A stretch of 64,000 nucleotides of DNA, from assembly GCF_011745625.1 (NCBI RefSeq), contig NW_027191497.1, positions 1 to 64,000 on the forward strand. The letters are read 5' to 3'. Position 1 is the first letter of the stretch; each line of letters opens with the position of its first letter. Shown in pieces: positions 43,249 through 55,192 of the stretch. The notes under the pieces are model-generated. The model ran no database searches. It was not told where the DNA came from and was given only the letters and a program-made list of their open reading frames with translations. The position numbers and the translations under genes were made by a program. The stretch comes from Cladosporium halotolerans (taxonomy: Eukaryota).

Positions 43249-45276
43249 ATGAGGTCCGCAGTGCTGAGTCCGACTAAGAGCCTCTTGTGGTCACTCTTTC
43301 ACCTGACTGCAGCCTCCGCCTCAACTCTGATGGACAATGGCACGACTGTCACGCTCGGCGGAATACCATACTATGCTGGCGGGATGTCTGTCGCGATGCT
43401 GAATGTGGCTCCCAGCTACCTCTTGGAGTCACCGGCAAGCCATGGATCGGATCTTTTCCCAATGACCATCATTCATACTCACGTCCAGGAATACGGTTCA
43501 TCAGATCTTCGAAATACAGTTGAACAATTCACCTCGGGCGACGACGTCTTCCAAGAAGCGTTCCTTAGCACAGTATATTTGATCTACAGTGGCAACGGAA
43601 CATTCCTCCCCAACTTGACCACGAGTGCGAGCGAAGGCAACTTTTCTCAAGCTAAAGCCTTCCTCACCAACGACACCGAGAGCCCCGATCTGACTGCGGC
43701 TTCACTTTCAAGCCCTCTGCCGAATGGGCCATATTTTGTCTCTGCCAGGACCGGTGAGATTTTCGAAGCCTACCGCTTGTACACAGACGACTTCCTGGCA
43801 TTCACGCAGACAAGCATCAGCGATCATCGCGGTGGATATCTGCCCCTTCCGGCAGCAACTCAAAATCTCATGGCGCTGAGCGTTGCGGTACCCTCTCGGT
43901 TGTATTATACCAAAACTGCAGAGCAACCGCTTGCTGGGCTCAGACTTGGAGTCAAGGACATTTACCATATCAAAGGACTCAAGACCAGCGGTGGCAACCG
44001 AGCTTACTTCTACCTATATCCTGAGCAAAACGTCACTGCCCCGTCAGTCCAGCGATTACTCGATCTAGGCGCTGTGCTTGTTGGGAAGACCGGCACCGTG
44101 CAATTTGCAAATGGCGACCGCCCTACGGCCGACTGGGTGGACGTCCATTGTCCTTTCAACCCTCGAGGAGACGGTTACCAAGCTCCCTCGGGGTCTTCCT
44201 CAGGCTCTGGCGCGGCAATCGGCGCTTACGACTGGCTTGACATTGCCGTTGGCAGCGACACTGGAGGGTCCATGAGGGGGCCCGCGGGCGCTCAAGGTGT
44301 CTATGGCAATCGCCCCTCGACTGGCGCTGTTTCCATGGACCACGTTATTCCACTGAGTCCTCCTCTTGACACGGCGGGCGTGCTTGCAAGAAGCGGCTCG
44401 CTGTGGGCAGATGTTACTCGTGCCTGGTATCCGAACTTCACCGACAGCTACATTTCGTACCCGAAAAGCATCTATTACTCCGCTGAGGCTTCTGATGAGG
44501 ACAGCCCTGCGAAAGATCTGGTGGAAGGTTTCCTTGACCAGCTTCAGGACTTCCTCGGTGCCAACCGCAGTGCAGCAAACATCACCAGGCTTTGGGCCGA
44601 GTCGCCGCCTCTCAATGTTTCTGCCAATATATCAGACACGCTCTACAGTACTTATGCCGTGCTCACAAGCGTCGACCAGTTCAATCGCCTCGGGCAGCCC
44701 TTCTTCGATGACTACGCTGCGCAGAACGGTGGGCGCCGTCCTTTCATCAACCCCGGCCCTTTGGTCCGCTGGCAATGGGGCCAAAACCATTCGTCCGAAT
44801 ATGACACCGCCGTTCAGAACAAGACTATTTTCCAGAACTGGGTAAGATCTCTCATTGCTCATTCATGCGTAATAAGATCCGCAAAACAGCTGACACTCCC
44901 CTTCTCCCAGTGGTCGACCACCGGCTACGGCACGCCTAACAACGCAACGTGCTCCGACGGCATCTTCGTCTACCCGCAAAACCTTGGCGTGACCAACTAC
45001 CGCAATCAATACTTCGACGCACCTACAACCCCACCGCTCGGCTTCTCCGACGGCCGAGCATCGGTATATGCAGAAGGCGCGGAAGTAGTTGTGCCGATCG
45101 GCGAGATTCCATACAACAGCACCGTGACGCTGCAGGAGGAGTATTTACCCGTGTCGCTGAGTTTAGTCGTCGCGCGTGGCTGTGATTTTATGCTGGCGGG
45201 TTTGGTGAGGGAGTTGGAGGAGGTGGGGATTTTGAAGGAAAGTAAGGCTGGAGCTAGGATTGGACATAAAACATGA
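43249..45276 (+). CDS. Secreted amidase-signature family protein
   Basis: Signal peptide, PLAGLRLGVKDIYH, PSGSSSGSGAA and GSDTGGSMRGPA (Ser-cisSer-Lys triad). Probable in-frame intron at 44842-44910. Confidence 0.9.
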   Translation: MRSAVLSPTKSLLWSLFHLTAASASTLMDNGTTVTLGGIPYYAGGMSVAMLNVAPSYLLESPASHGSDLFPMTIIHTHVQEYGSSDLRNTVEQFTSGDDVFQEAFLSTVYLIYSGNGTFLPNLTTSASEGNFSQAKAFLTNDTESPDLTAASLSSPLPNGPYFVSARTGEIFEAYRLYTDDFLAFTQTSISDHRGGYLPLPAATQNLMALSVAVPSRLYYTKTAEQPLAGLRLGVKDIYHIKGLKTSGGNRAYFYLYPEQNVTAPSVQRLLDLGAVLVGKTGTVQFANGDRPTADWVDVHCPFNPRGDGYQAPSGSSSGSGAAIGAYDWLDIAVGSDTGGSMRGPAGAQGVYGNRPSTGAVSMDHVIPLSPPLDTAGVLARSGSLWADVTRAWYPNFTDSYISYPKSIYYSAEASDEDSPAKDLVEGFLDQLQDFLGANRSAANITRLWAESPPLNVSANISDTLYSTYAVLTSVDQFNRLGQPFFDDYAAQNGGRRPFINPGPLVRWQWGQNHSSEYDTAVQNKTIFQNWVRSLIAHSCVIRSAKQLTLPFSQWSTTGYGTPNNATCSDGIFVYPQNLGVTNYRNQYFDAPTTPPLGFSDGRASVYAEGAEVVVPIGEIPYNSTVTLQEEYLPVSLSLVVARGCDFMLAGLVRELEEVGILKESKAGARIGHKT

Positions 45277-45896
45277 TGTTGTAGACAGTTTCCGCAAAGA
45301 GGATACGATCAGATGATATCCTCGACATGCACAATAAAAAAAAGTCACGATTAACTACTGATGAGGAGCAAGGGTCTGCGAGTCAGTTTCACCGGGCACC
45401 TACCCGCGTAGAGAGACAACCAAGACGTCGCTTCACAGCCAAGGGCTTGTCGTCTGCGACGTGAGTCTTCAAGCCGTTCTTTCATGTTTCCAACTGACGA
45501 ATCACGATTGGGACGCTCAGCACATGATATCTGGCAGTCAGCGCCTGCCCTCAGGCTATCACTCGCACACAAACTCAGAGATGCAAGGATTTAGAGTCGT
45601 TGATTTGAGGAAGCTCGGCGACACCTCCATTGCAATATCGAGACCCACTATCTGTATCTTTCTAGGAAGGACACAGTCATTTTTCTATCTCGCTAATCGT
45701 TCGACTTCTAGGCGCTTGTCCACGTTCTGCAGTCTCATGCTATTATTCATCGCACATGCGACGTGGTGTTTGTTCCTCGGCCGAGACGAAGATTGCATTT
45801 CAGACTGGCAGAGCAAGGGCAAAGAAAGGGATGTATATATATCAGGCTTGCCGCTAGAGCCTTGAGCGACACCAGTCTGGCAACTGAGCCTCCACG

Positions 45897-47336
45897 ATGC
45901 GTTCTACCATCATTACCGCCGCCCTTGCGCAGGCAGCTACGGCCGCCATCCAGCCCAGGAACTTCATCTACATCATCCCCGATGGCATGGCCCCGGCTTC
46001 TCAGACGCTCGCCAGAGCGTACGAGGCCATGGTTGACGGCGAAGCTACTCCTCAGCAGCCATTGATCGGTGCCATTCCCATCGATCAGCTTCCTGTGGGA
46101 AACGTCCGCTCCCACTCAGCCAACAACCTAGTCACAGACTCCGCTGCTGCCGGTACGGCTCTTGCCGCGGGCTTCAAGACTAACAACGGCATGATTGGCA
46201 TTACTCCTGCTGAGGAACCCGTTGGCACCGTTCTTGAGGCAGCCAAGATGGCTGGCATGAAAACAGGTCTCGTTGTCACAAGTACCATCAACCACGCGAC
46301 TCCGGCTGCTTTCTCGGCCCATACCATCAACCGCAATGGTCTTGCTTTCATCTCTGAGCAGCAAGTTGGCTACAGTCACCCTCTCAACCAGAGCGTTGAT
46401 GTCCTGCTCGGTGGCGGTGCATGCTACTTCAAGCCGTCGTCCGATCCCGACTCCTGCCGTGAGGACGACATTGATCTCATCAGACACGCCGAGTTGAGCG
46501 GCTACTACGTCACCCAAGACCGCCAATCTTTCACTGCCCTCCAGCAAGGCCAAAACATCTCGCTCCCCTACCTCGGACTCTTCAGCAGCGACAGTGATCT
46601 CGCTTATGAGATCGACCGCCAGCAACAGCCCGAAGCCGACCGTGAGCCCTCGCTCACGGAAATGACCGAGCTCGCTCTCCAGGCCCTCACCCGCGAGACA
46701 ACTTGCACCGGCTTGAACTGCACGGCAACACCAGGTTACTTCATTATGATCGAAGCGTCCCGCATCGACCACTCCTCGCACGCTCACGACGGCGCTGCCC
46801 ACTTGCACGACGTCCTCGAATACAACCGCGTCGTGGATCTTGTCAAGTCCTGGATTGACGAGCACCCAGACACAGTCATGATGTCTGTCGCAGACCACGA
46901 GACAGGTGGTCTGACATTGCCATCCAGATGGGACCCGCGCCCTCTGGCAGGCGCGAACCATTCCGTCGACTATCTCCAGAGCGCTATGGAGGCGTACACC
47001 GGAGACTCTGCGGCGGACTACGCAGCTGACCTAGCGCAAGCGTATGGCATCAGCAATGCTGACAGCGCGGCGCTCGCGCAGTCGGAGAGCTTTGCTCAGG
47101 ATCTCGCCGATCTTTTGAACGCGCAGTCCGGCCTTGCGTGGTCCACTGGCGGCCACACGGGTGTCGATGTCACGCTTTACGCTTATGCAGCTGGCGAGAT
47201 GCGTGACGAGCTGGTCAGAGACCTCGCGGGAAGTCATGATAATGTTGAGTTGCCCCGGCTCGTGGAGAAGTATCTGAAGCTGGACATGGATAAGGTTACC
47301 AGAAGGCTCAGGGAGGATGTTAGCTGGTTACAGTGA
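45897..47336 (+). CDS. Secreted alkaline phosphatase
   Basis: Signal peptide, NFIYIIPDGM, VTDSAAAGTALA (catalytic Ser), HATPAAF, EASRIDHSSHAHD, ADHETGG and GHTGVDV. TATA-like element at ~45834. Confidence 0.95.
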   Translation: MRSTIITAALAQAATAAIQPRNFIYIIPDGMAPASQTLARAYEAMVDGEATPQQPLIGAIPIDQLPVGNVRSHSANNLVTDSAAAGTALAAGFKTNNGMIGITPAEEPVGTVLEAAKMAGMKTGLVVTSTINHATPAAFSAHTINRNGLAFISEQQVGYSHPLNQSVDVLLGGGACYFKPSSDPDSCREDDIDLIRHAELSGYYVTQDRQSFTALQQGQNISLPYLGLFSSDSDLAYEIDRQQQPEADREPSLTEMTELALQALTRETTCTGLNCTATPGYFIMIEASRIDHSSHAHDGAAHLHDVLEYNRVVDLVKSWIDEHPDTVMMSVADHETGGLTLPSRWDPRPLAGANHSVDYLQSAMEAYTGDSAADYAADLAQAYGISNADSAALAQSESFAQDLADLLNAQSGLAWSTGGHTGVDVTLYAYAAGEMRDELVRDLAGSHDNVELPRLVEKYLKLDMDKVTRRLREDVSWLQ

Positions 47337-48179
47337 ACACGAAAATGCGATGTGACTTCCATGAGGCTGACTAACGTCAACGCGTGAAGGTGATCTCAAG
47401 GCGGTGGTATCTATGGCCGGCTCTTTTTTTTTTTGCATTCGGAACGATGTTGTTGGTCGATGTAGGCGAGGCACATTACGCGCGGCACATACCTGGACTA
47501 CTTGACCAACACTTGTACTGCTTCTATATTCTTCGAATCGTTCAGTTTCAATGAGGCCCTAAAAGAGTGACAAGACTTCAGTATGTCGCATCACGAGTCG
47601 TTTTGATGAATATACTTCTCCCGACCTCGTCCGAAACAAAATCGGCACGTCTCTGTATTCCGGGAGTTACTCTTTTTCCGTCTTCTTTTCTTTTTTTTTT
47701 TTTTTTGGAAGTAGCTGTTACGGAGTGAAGGTCAGCCCGACAGTTTGTGATGAGGTACCTACGTAGTAGGGGGGATAACAAGAAATGGTGCCTTTCTGAA
47801 AGCTGAGAAGTACTGTTGATCTTAGCTCTTGTGAGTGATCTCGAAATCATCTGTCATACGATCATTTTCAACAATGGCATGCAGCGTTGAGATTTGCTCT
47901 TTCTGTTGCAACTTGCCGCACCAAATGGCGGCATTGAAAGTGCATTGTGATCTTGAGCGATGAGGCAACAACGGGAAAGCCGCAACGCGCTTCGGCTTGC
48001 AGGTGCTTAGGTAAGGCATTCTGGACCCTTGCGAGCCTCGGACCTGAGGCTGCCTCATACCTTACTTTCCACTTCTTCAACACCTTCAACACCATTTTCT
48101 CTTTCGCACGACACGAATTCCAGCCTCCCGGCGCACCCTACTCCTATTTCGCGCAAGATTCCACCACAACACCGCCATC

Positions 48180-49229
48180 ATGCCGAAAGCCGAAGTAGGC
48201 AGCACCAAGTATGTCGCGAACAAAATGAAAGCCAAAGGCCTACAGCGTCTGCGATGGTACTGCCAGATGTGCGAAAAGCAATGCCGAGACGAGAACGGAT
48301 TCAAGCAACACACCATGTCGGAGTCGCACGTGCGCAATATGCTGCAAGTGGGCGAGGATCCAAAAAAGTACATCAACGAATACAGCAACCAGTTCAAGCG
48401 CGACTTCCTGCGGCTGCTGAAGACGAGCCATGGCGAGAAGAAGGTGCACATGAACAATTTCTACCAAGAATACATTCGCGACAAAGAGCACATTCACATG
48501 AACTCCACCAAGTGGCCGAGCTTGACGGAGTTTGCGAAGTTCTTGGGTCGAGAGGGGTTGTGTCGCGTGGAGGAGGGGGAGAGGGGCCTGGAGATTTCTT
48601 TCATTGATGACTCGGCCGACGCTGTTACGAGGAGGGAAGCGATCAAGAGTAGTGAGAGAGAAGCTAAGGGTAGCGAGGATTTGGAGAGCAAGCTCTTGAA
48701 TGATCAAATCAAGAGGGCGAGGGAAGCTGCGAAAGAACAAGAAAGGATACAAGCGGCACTGAGAAAGGATGATGAAAAGGAGAAGCCGAATTTAGAGGAG
48801 GTCAGCAAAGAGCCAGTCAAATTGAGCTTCAGCTTGGGTGCCAAAGCCGCTCAGAAGCCTACAGAAACCGGGAAAGAATCAGAAGGAGACGCGCCCGTCG
48901 CTATCGACTCTTTCTCCGCGCACGGCACAACTGGTGTGCCCTCCCCTGGTGAGGGTCAGCCAGACACGCAGACTTCTGCCGCGCCGTCTCCAGCACCAGC
49001 GCCTGCAGCCGCTCCTAAAATATCACTAAGCGGACTGAAGAGCAAAAAATCCAATCCACTTATGGGCGGCGGCAAGAAAACGAACGCGCTTGCAGGGAAG
49101 AAAGCGGCGCCTATACCCGAGTCCGAAAAGAAGATGAGCAACGCGGAGAGGATCATGCGCGAGGAGATAGAGCAGAAGCGGCTCAGAGACGAGCGTGGTG
49201 GAGGCGGCAAAAGGCCGCGGATGGGCTGA
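48180..49229 (+). CDS. RTS2: KIN17/Rts2 zinc-finger DNA/RNA-binding protein
   Basis: MKAKGLQRLRWYCQMCEKQCRDENGFKQHTMSESH and HIHMNSTKWPSLTEF. Confidence 0.95.
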   Translation: MPKAEVGSTKYVANKMKAKGLQRLRWYCQMCEKQCRDENGFKQHTMSESHVRNMLQVGEDPKKYINEYSNQFKRDFLRLLKTSHGEKKVHMNNFYQEYIRDKEHIHMNSTKWPSLTEFAKFLGREGLCRVEEGERGLEISFIDDSADAVTRREAIKSSEREAKGSEDLESKLLNDQIKRAREAAKEQERIQAALRKDDEKEKPNLEEVSKEPVKLSFSLGAKAAQKPTETGKESEGDAPVAIDSFSAHGTTGVPSPGEGQPDTQTSAAPSPAPAPAAAPKISLSGLKSKKSNPLMGGGKKTNALAGKKAAPIPESEKKMSNAERIMREEIEQKRLRDERGGGGKRPRMG

Positions 49230-50000
49230 TGCTACGGATCATTGATGATTGCTTGATGTTTGTTTAGATTCCAGCGAGGCGTTGAGGTCCTGTTTAGGAA
49301 ATCGGGAAGATACCTGGCTGGTATGCCACAGTGAATGGGTTTGAATGCGCTAAAGCTTTATTATGTACACATGGATGAGCCGTTCAGGCCTTTCGACGAA
49401 GGCTGTCCGGCAGCCTGATTATACATTATGTCCCACGTTCCCAGCTACTATTCGTATGTGCATCAAATTTCGTTGACCCTGTCTCTTATCTCACCACCTG
49501 AAAGCCCCAACAATGTTTGGAACTTCGTTCATTGTCATGATTGCCTCCCACCTGGTTGACTCGATCGCCTTCCTTGGAACACCTTCGCGTGCATAGCTTG
49601 AACATGGCATATCGGGCGTGCGGATAGCCAGTTGTTTTATCCCCCAGGAGACTCCAAGCGCTTGCCGTGCTCACGTTCCTTGATCTGGCGTGATAGCTTT
49701 GTCCATGGCCGTTGGGCGCCGGTAGCATGGATTGAAAGCTCAGGCTGCAACTGTCCAGAATGCTGCGGAGAGAGGCTACTATCGTGTACACCAAGGGACA
49801 TCAGTCATCGGCTTCCACAAGATGAGTAAGAATGGATGCCAGGTGGTGTTTCGTGCTCGATGCCGTGCCTTGTCGGGATGATTAATCGCGTTGGTCAGCG
49901 GCGCGTTAAGGGTCACATCGGAAACCTTACTTGGACCAGGAGGCACAAAAAGCTCGGTTTGCAAATGTTAGAATCTACAACACGTCCTCTTTGACGGAGC

Positions 50001-50789
50001 TTAGCCAGCATCAGGCCCGCCCTCGTCGGACGCAAGATCGATGCCGGGATCAGGAATGATAAAGTCCAAGGCCATGAACCCAGTTCGCCTGGGCTGTACA
50101 AGCTTCACTTGTTGCTTTTCCTTTGCTTTTTGAGCGTTCCAGTTGTCGACGAAGCGTTCAAGCGCCTTCTGACCAGTCTTCGCGCCCGAGAAACCAGTGT
50201 CGTCCCACAAGAATCCCGTCAGCACGCCCAGTAGGAAGTCGATGAAAGCCCTGAACGTGAACGGGCTGTACGCTTGCTCAATTCTTGAATTGAGATTCGA
50301 AATCAGGAAGCGGAAGTCGCTCTCTGAAACGAGCGGATCCAAGATCTCCGGGTACAGATTCGCGTATGACGGGTATAGATCGCCCGTTGACAGCCAGTCT
50401 CTTCGGACTCTGATGACCCTGGTGTGTTTTGCTTCTTCGCTGGTGGGACTGCAATGTGGGTTCGGATGTGGGAAGCAGGGGTGATTGGGCCCCCATTCGA
50501 AGTCGTCCTCGGTACCGTCGGTATGCCCGGTTTCACCAGAGCGACGAACGGAAGATGCTTGCTCGCTCCCAGGAGCATTATCGTTCGCGCGATTTGTCCG
50601 ATTTGTCTTCGAGGAGTATACTGATCGACGCGACTGTTGGCGGTTCAGAGGGAGCGAAGCGCGCGACGCGCGATGCGACAGCTGATGGTCATTTTCGGGT
50701 ATAGGAGGTGGCTCTGGGAAGTTTGCAGGTCGCGATGTGGCCGCCTCACCAGTTTCCTGGTGGCCGGTCAAGCGGTTGAAGGCATCCAT
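50001..50789 (-). CDS. ERF4: Ras modification protein Erf4 / golgin A7 domain protein
   Basis: WGPNHPCFPHPNPH, TRVIRVRRDW, YANLYPEILDP and PRRTGFMALDFIIPDP. The start codon is tentative. Confidence 0.8.
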   Translation of the reverse strand: MDAFNRLTGHQETGEAATSRPANFPEPPPIPENDHQLSHRASRASLPLNRQQSRRSVYSSKTNRTNRANDNAPGSEQASSVRRSGETGHTDGTEDDFEWGPNHPCFPHPNPHCSPTSEEAKHTRVIRVRRDWLSTGDLYPSYANLYPEILDPLVSESDFRFLISNLNSRIEQAYSPFTFRAFIDFLLGVLTGFLWDDTGFSGAKTGQKALERFVDNWNAQKAKEKQQVKLVQPRRTGFMALDFIIPDPGIDLASDEGGPDAG

Positions 50790-51800
50790 GATTCAGGCGG
50801 GATGCGGCCACCCAGGTAGGTACCTCGCAGGTGGTATGTCGTGTCAGGGTGGGTCGCGACAGTCCGGTCCAGTTCAGGACAAGGGCTTGCCAATGAATGC
50901 AGCTGAGCGACGCGCCTTGCCAGTCGTTGCGCTTCTTTCTGCTGGATCTTCTGGTGCCGCCTATGATAGAGCCGTGAGCCGCCGACCGCACAGCATGCTT
51001 CGGGTGGTGAAGGATTTGTCTCAGTGACAGACCCTGCTGGTGTCAAGGGAACAAACGAGATGGACCCGCGGCACGAGCCCATCATCAACGGTGTAGACTT
51101 TCGCGGCCCCTTTCCGCCGGCCGAAGCGCCGAAGTCTATCTCGACCGCCAACATGACGACGTGTGATCAGGCTCTACATGATAGGCGCACCATCACGTCT
51201 GCTCAACAGGTCAATACAATCTCCCCAGTGATCTTACTGTCGAGCCCTCGAGCTCCGATCCACTTTATGGACGTTCGACTTGCAATCTGTGGTACTGCCG
51301 AACCATCCAACAGCACCAGCACCAATATCCACAGGATCTTCGATGGCGATGACGATACCGAACAAACACCAGATTGAGCTGCATCCAAATCGTTCTGTTG
51401 CTTCATATGGGTGGCTTGCCAGAAGCCAATGTAGTACCGCATATTCTGTCGCGGACTACGTTTGTTATCCGCTATTCCAGTCAGATTCCACGACCGCGTC
51501 AGCCATGGCATGCGCTTGCCAACGATAAGAGCACGTTCACCAATAGACCTTACTGAAGATCACTCCAGGCTTCATGCGTCGCCGTTCCCTTGCGTTTTCA
51601 ACATGTACAGAACTCACTCCCACTGAGCCCCAATCAGGTGGTACCCTCATTTCCCTCGGCCTTCCCGCATTCCAGTCCCCCCAACATGTCTCGTCACGTT
51701 TACCATGATGCAAGAGGCACCCAGCCTACTTTGATATAAGAGACATGAGACATGAGCTTCACGCAGCCTCATCGTACTCTCACCACGTCCAGTGTAAGCG

Positions 51801-53255
51801 ATGCTGCCGCACTTCTACTTCGGCCTGCTTGCAGGCTGCTTGCCTCTTCTGCAAGCCCAACTGATCATCGATGACTTGCCTTCGTCGCAATTGGAAAGCC
51901 TTACAGACGCAGATGCTTTGACCACCGTCGTTTCGACTATCACAGTGGTGCCAGTGGCGGCCACCGAGCCGGCGTACCAGCCCTTGCCTACAGAAACAAC
52001 ACCACCAAGCTCTGAGCCCTGCTCGATTGGGAACCTGGCCTGTCCAGTGTGTGCTGAGCAGAACATAACTCTGGAGGATGGATCCTTGTATCAGATCTCC
52101 TGCGATACTCGCGTCTTGTCCGATACCACGACTGCTATGGCCGACTATATCACCCCAATCCAATGCCTTCTGTTCTGCGCTAATGCACCTCTATGCAAAG
52201 GCGCCACTCTCCAGGAAGATGGAACGTGCTTTGCTGCTGTTGGCATGACCACCAGACTCACTGAATCGCCAGGCGAGATCGCGTTTGAACAGATTGAGTA
52301 CGTTTCGCAGAATAGTTCCACCATCGCCAATACGAGCTCAGAGGATCCGGTCGCCACCATGTCTTTCACGAGTGCACCATCCGCAGGGATTCCGTCAGCA
52401 TCGCCCTTCCCAACCTCAGCAGCACTGCAACTTCCCAAGCCGATATATACCAACTTCACCTGGCCTAACGTGACCAGTCCCTCCACGAACAACACCCTGC
52501 CTTCAAATGACACTTGCTACCCAGCCAACCCAACATGCCCAGCTTGTCACAACAAAACGATCACAGACACTCACAACATCACGTACATCGTCTTCTGCGA
52601 TCACAGCTTGGACGCCACCCTGGACTATGCCTTCGGCGAGCCCCTAACAGCAGCCTACTGCCTGTCTCGCTGCGACGAACGCAACGTGACATGTTTGGGA
52701 GCAACATGGACTACGGAAGAATGCGTCATAGCTCTGGGGCCCATCGTCGCTAAGATTGGCAACCCAGGCCACATGGCCTTCGTCCGAGTGGCCGGACCGT
52801 CCGAGCCCAACAGCACCTTCACAACCGGTTCGCTGCCGCGGCCACCGATCTCGACAGGCCTGATGTGGCCGAACCTAACTAGCTATGCGGACGGCAGCGC
52901 GCCTTTGCCAACGCTTACCGGCACAGGCGTTAGTCTACCCACAGACGAAGCCGAACCGACGCTCATTCCAAGCACTGAGGTCGAGCCTTCGGCTATGTCG
53001 ACCGTCTACGGTACGGCGCCTGGTGCTACTTACGGCGTGCCTTCGGTCACAACGGAAGTCACGGTTCCCTCCACTACTGTGTTGCCGCCACTAGGCTTGC
53101 CTCCGCCACGGCCTCCCCCAGGGTACGATACTGGGTATGGCCCAGAGAACGATGGCGATGACGGAGTCTACAACTGGCAGGATGCAAGGCCGGCTTGGTT
53201 GCATTGGGATTGGTGGAAAGCCGTGTGGGATTGGATCTTTGGGAATGGGGAGTGA
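51801..53255 (+). CDS. Secreted mucin-like glycoprotein with two Cys-rich PAN/Apple-like domains
   Basis: Signal peptide and two repeats of CP.C....IT......Y.I/V.CD...C...C.....C.GAT.....C. Ser/Thr/Pro linkers carry many N-x-S/T sites. Confidence 0.75.
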   Translation: MLPHFYFGLLAGCLPLLQAQLIIDDLPSSQLESLTDADALTTVVSTITVVPVAATEPAYQPLPTETTPPSSEPCSIGNLACPVCAEQNITLEDGSLYQISCDTRVLSDTTTAMADYITPIQCLLFCANAPLCKGATLQEDGTCFAAVGMTTRLTESPGEIAFEQIEYVSQNSSTIANTSSEDPVATMSFTSAPSAGIPSASPFPTSAALQLPKPIYTNFTWPNVTSPSTNNTLPSNDTCYPANPTCPACHNKTITDTHNITYIVFCDHSLDATLDYAFGEPLTAAYCLSRCDERNVTCLGATWTTEECVIALGPIVAKIGNPGHMAFVRVAGPSEPNSTFTTGSLPRPPISTGLMWPNLTSYADGSAPLPTLTGTGVSLPTDEAEPTLIPSTEVEPSAMSTVYGTAPGATYGVPSVTTEVTVPSTTVLPPLGLPPPRPPPGYDTGYGPENDGDDGVYNWQDARPAWLHWDWWKAVWDWIFGNGE

Positions 53256-53639
53256 GGGAGAGGCTGGACTGGAGAAGGACCTGAAGCTGCGATTTTGCTA
53301 GATTCACTGATGGGGAGTTGGGTTGGTTGACGGGCTTGATAGACTGACTGTCTTCGTTATTAGACAAGTTCTGCGTCGAAGGTCACGGCCTTTTATGTCT
53401 GAATTTTTTTTTCTTTAGATAGCCAAAGTATCTATCCATCGTGCTTCCATGGAACCAGGAATATTCCTTTCGACTGCAACCCTTCCAGCAGCGGTTTTCG
53501 CGCTCGCCATTGTCTTCAGTTGCTCTACAGTGACGCTGTAAAGGCTTATATGAACGCCAAACTCCTCGCTGAATCTTCAAACAAACGTCAAAATGTAAAC
53601 CTGTGCCGACCCTTCTAGCACCTGTTTCTTCCTGGGGGA

Positions 53640-54830
53640 TTACGCCTTGGCCTTCTCCATCATGCCCACACCATTCCTAACAACGCCAACCAGGCCACCT
53701 GTCTGCACGTTCTCGCTGCCACCTCCACTGAGTCTGTACTCAATCTCAGCCAAACCTTCGAGCCACGCCACTCTGGTCTGCGCTGGGACCTCAACTTCAG
53801 CGAGGTGGTCTCCGAGTGCAGTCAGAATATCCGCGAGAGCAAGACCTTTGGACTGCTTGAGCGTATTGATAGTGTTCAGACACGACCCGATGTTGGAAGT
53901 CGTAAGCAGCGTCTGCGCAATTGTGGCAATGTCACCCGGATGTGGCGCAGCAATGCAGTCGTAAATCGTTTCTTGTGTGATGAGGTCGCGTTGGATATCC
54001 TTGTCTTCCTTCATGGGCTCTCCGGGAACATGCAGCGGAGTGCTGCTGGCGTGGCAGGCTTGCAGGACGTTCAACGCTCGTCTCATGTCACCTTTGGACA
54101 GAGTAACTAGGCTGTCGATGGCATCGGGAGCGATGTTGACCTGCTCTTCTTGCACAACTTTGTCCACAAGTACCCTAATGTCCTTCTCTTTCAAAGGCGA
54201 AAAGCGGAACCGCGTGCATCGGGACAACAGCGCAGGGCTGAGCTTGTGGGTGTAGTTGGCGATCACGCAGAATCTTGTGTTTGCCGTGTACTTCTCCATG
54301 ATCCTTCGCAGAGCCATTTGAGCTGTGGACGTCATTGCATCCGCCTCGTCGAGGATGATGAGCTTGAAGTTCGCAATGCTGTCGGCATTGCTTTTATCGA
54401 AGCTGCCAGCGAAGATCTGCTTCGTCGAAGAGAACGTCTTGATCTGCTCTCGCACCACGTCGATGCCTCTGTCGTCAGATGCGTTCAGTTCGAGCACCAT
54501 TTGTCGCATATTCTTGTTGCCATAAATCTTGCGGGCCAGCGCCAGGACGGTAGAAGTCTTGCCGGTGCCTGGAGGACCATAGAGGAGAAGGTGAGGTAGC
54601 CGGTTGGCATCGACGAATTTGTTGATCGTGGCCAGGATATCTTGGTGTCCACTGACATCGGCGAGCGAGTTTGGACGATACTTCTCAACCCATGGCAGAT
54701 TGTCTTCGATCTCTACGGGCAAGTTCGCGGCGCTGCGTTTGCCTTTGTTTCCGGTATTTGAGGATGAGAATTGAACATCGGAGCTGGGCTTTTGGACATC
54801 GACGTCCATATCATCTTCGTAGTCGGACAT
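53640..54830 (-). CDS. RFC3: Replication factor C small subunit (yeast Rfc3 / human RFC5)
   Basis: LPWVEKYRP, GPPGTGKTS, LELNASDDRGID, LIILDEADAMT and SRCTRFRF. Confidence 0.93.
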   Translation of the reverse strand: MSDYEDDMDVDVQKPSSDVQFSSSNTGNKGKRSAANLPVEIEDNLPWVEKYRPNSLADVSGHQDILATINKFVDANRLPHLLLYGPPGTGKTSTVLALARKIYGNKNMRQMVLELNASDDRGIDVVREQIKTFSSTKQIFAGSFDKSNADSIANFKLIILDEADAMTSTAQMALRRIMEKYTANTRFCVIANYTHKLSPALLSRCTRFRFSPLKEKDIRVLVDKVVQEEQVNIAPDAIDSLVTLSKGDMRRALNVLQACHASSTPLHVPGEPMKEDKDIQRDLITQETIYDCIAAPHPGDIATIAQTLLTTSNIGSCLNTINTLKQSKGLALADILTALGDHLAEVEVPAQTRVAWLEGLAEIEYRLSGGGSENVQTGGLVGVVRNGVGMMEKAKA

Positions 54831-55192
54831 GGTGAAATGCTGATGTTTTTGGGTTGTGGGTGTTCAAAGTTGATATCTGGTTGCTCCAGCCTGACCTCAC
54901 ACGTTTTTGGGAGACGCGGCGCGCGCTTCCATTTGGGACCGCGTCAAGCGCGATGGAGCGGAATTGCGGCCGCTGGTGGAGATGACGCTGCAGCCAACTC
55001 CACGTTCGCAAGCGCAAGCTGTAGGCTACACGTTGGGTGCTATTACACCTGAAGAAAGGTCAAGACTTGCATAACACCCAGCGCCCATTGAGCAACGAAC
55101 CGATACTCGAGGACTTTGTTATATCTGAGAACCCTCAGTCTACCCACGACCAATCTGACGTTTAACTGGGCTCGGCCCACAACTTCGCAACC

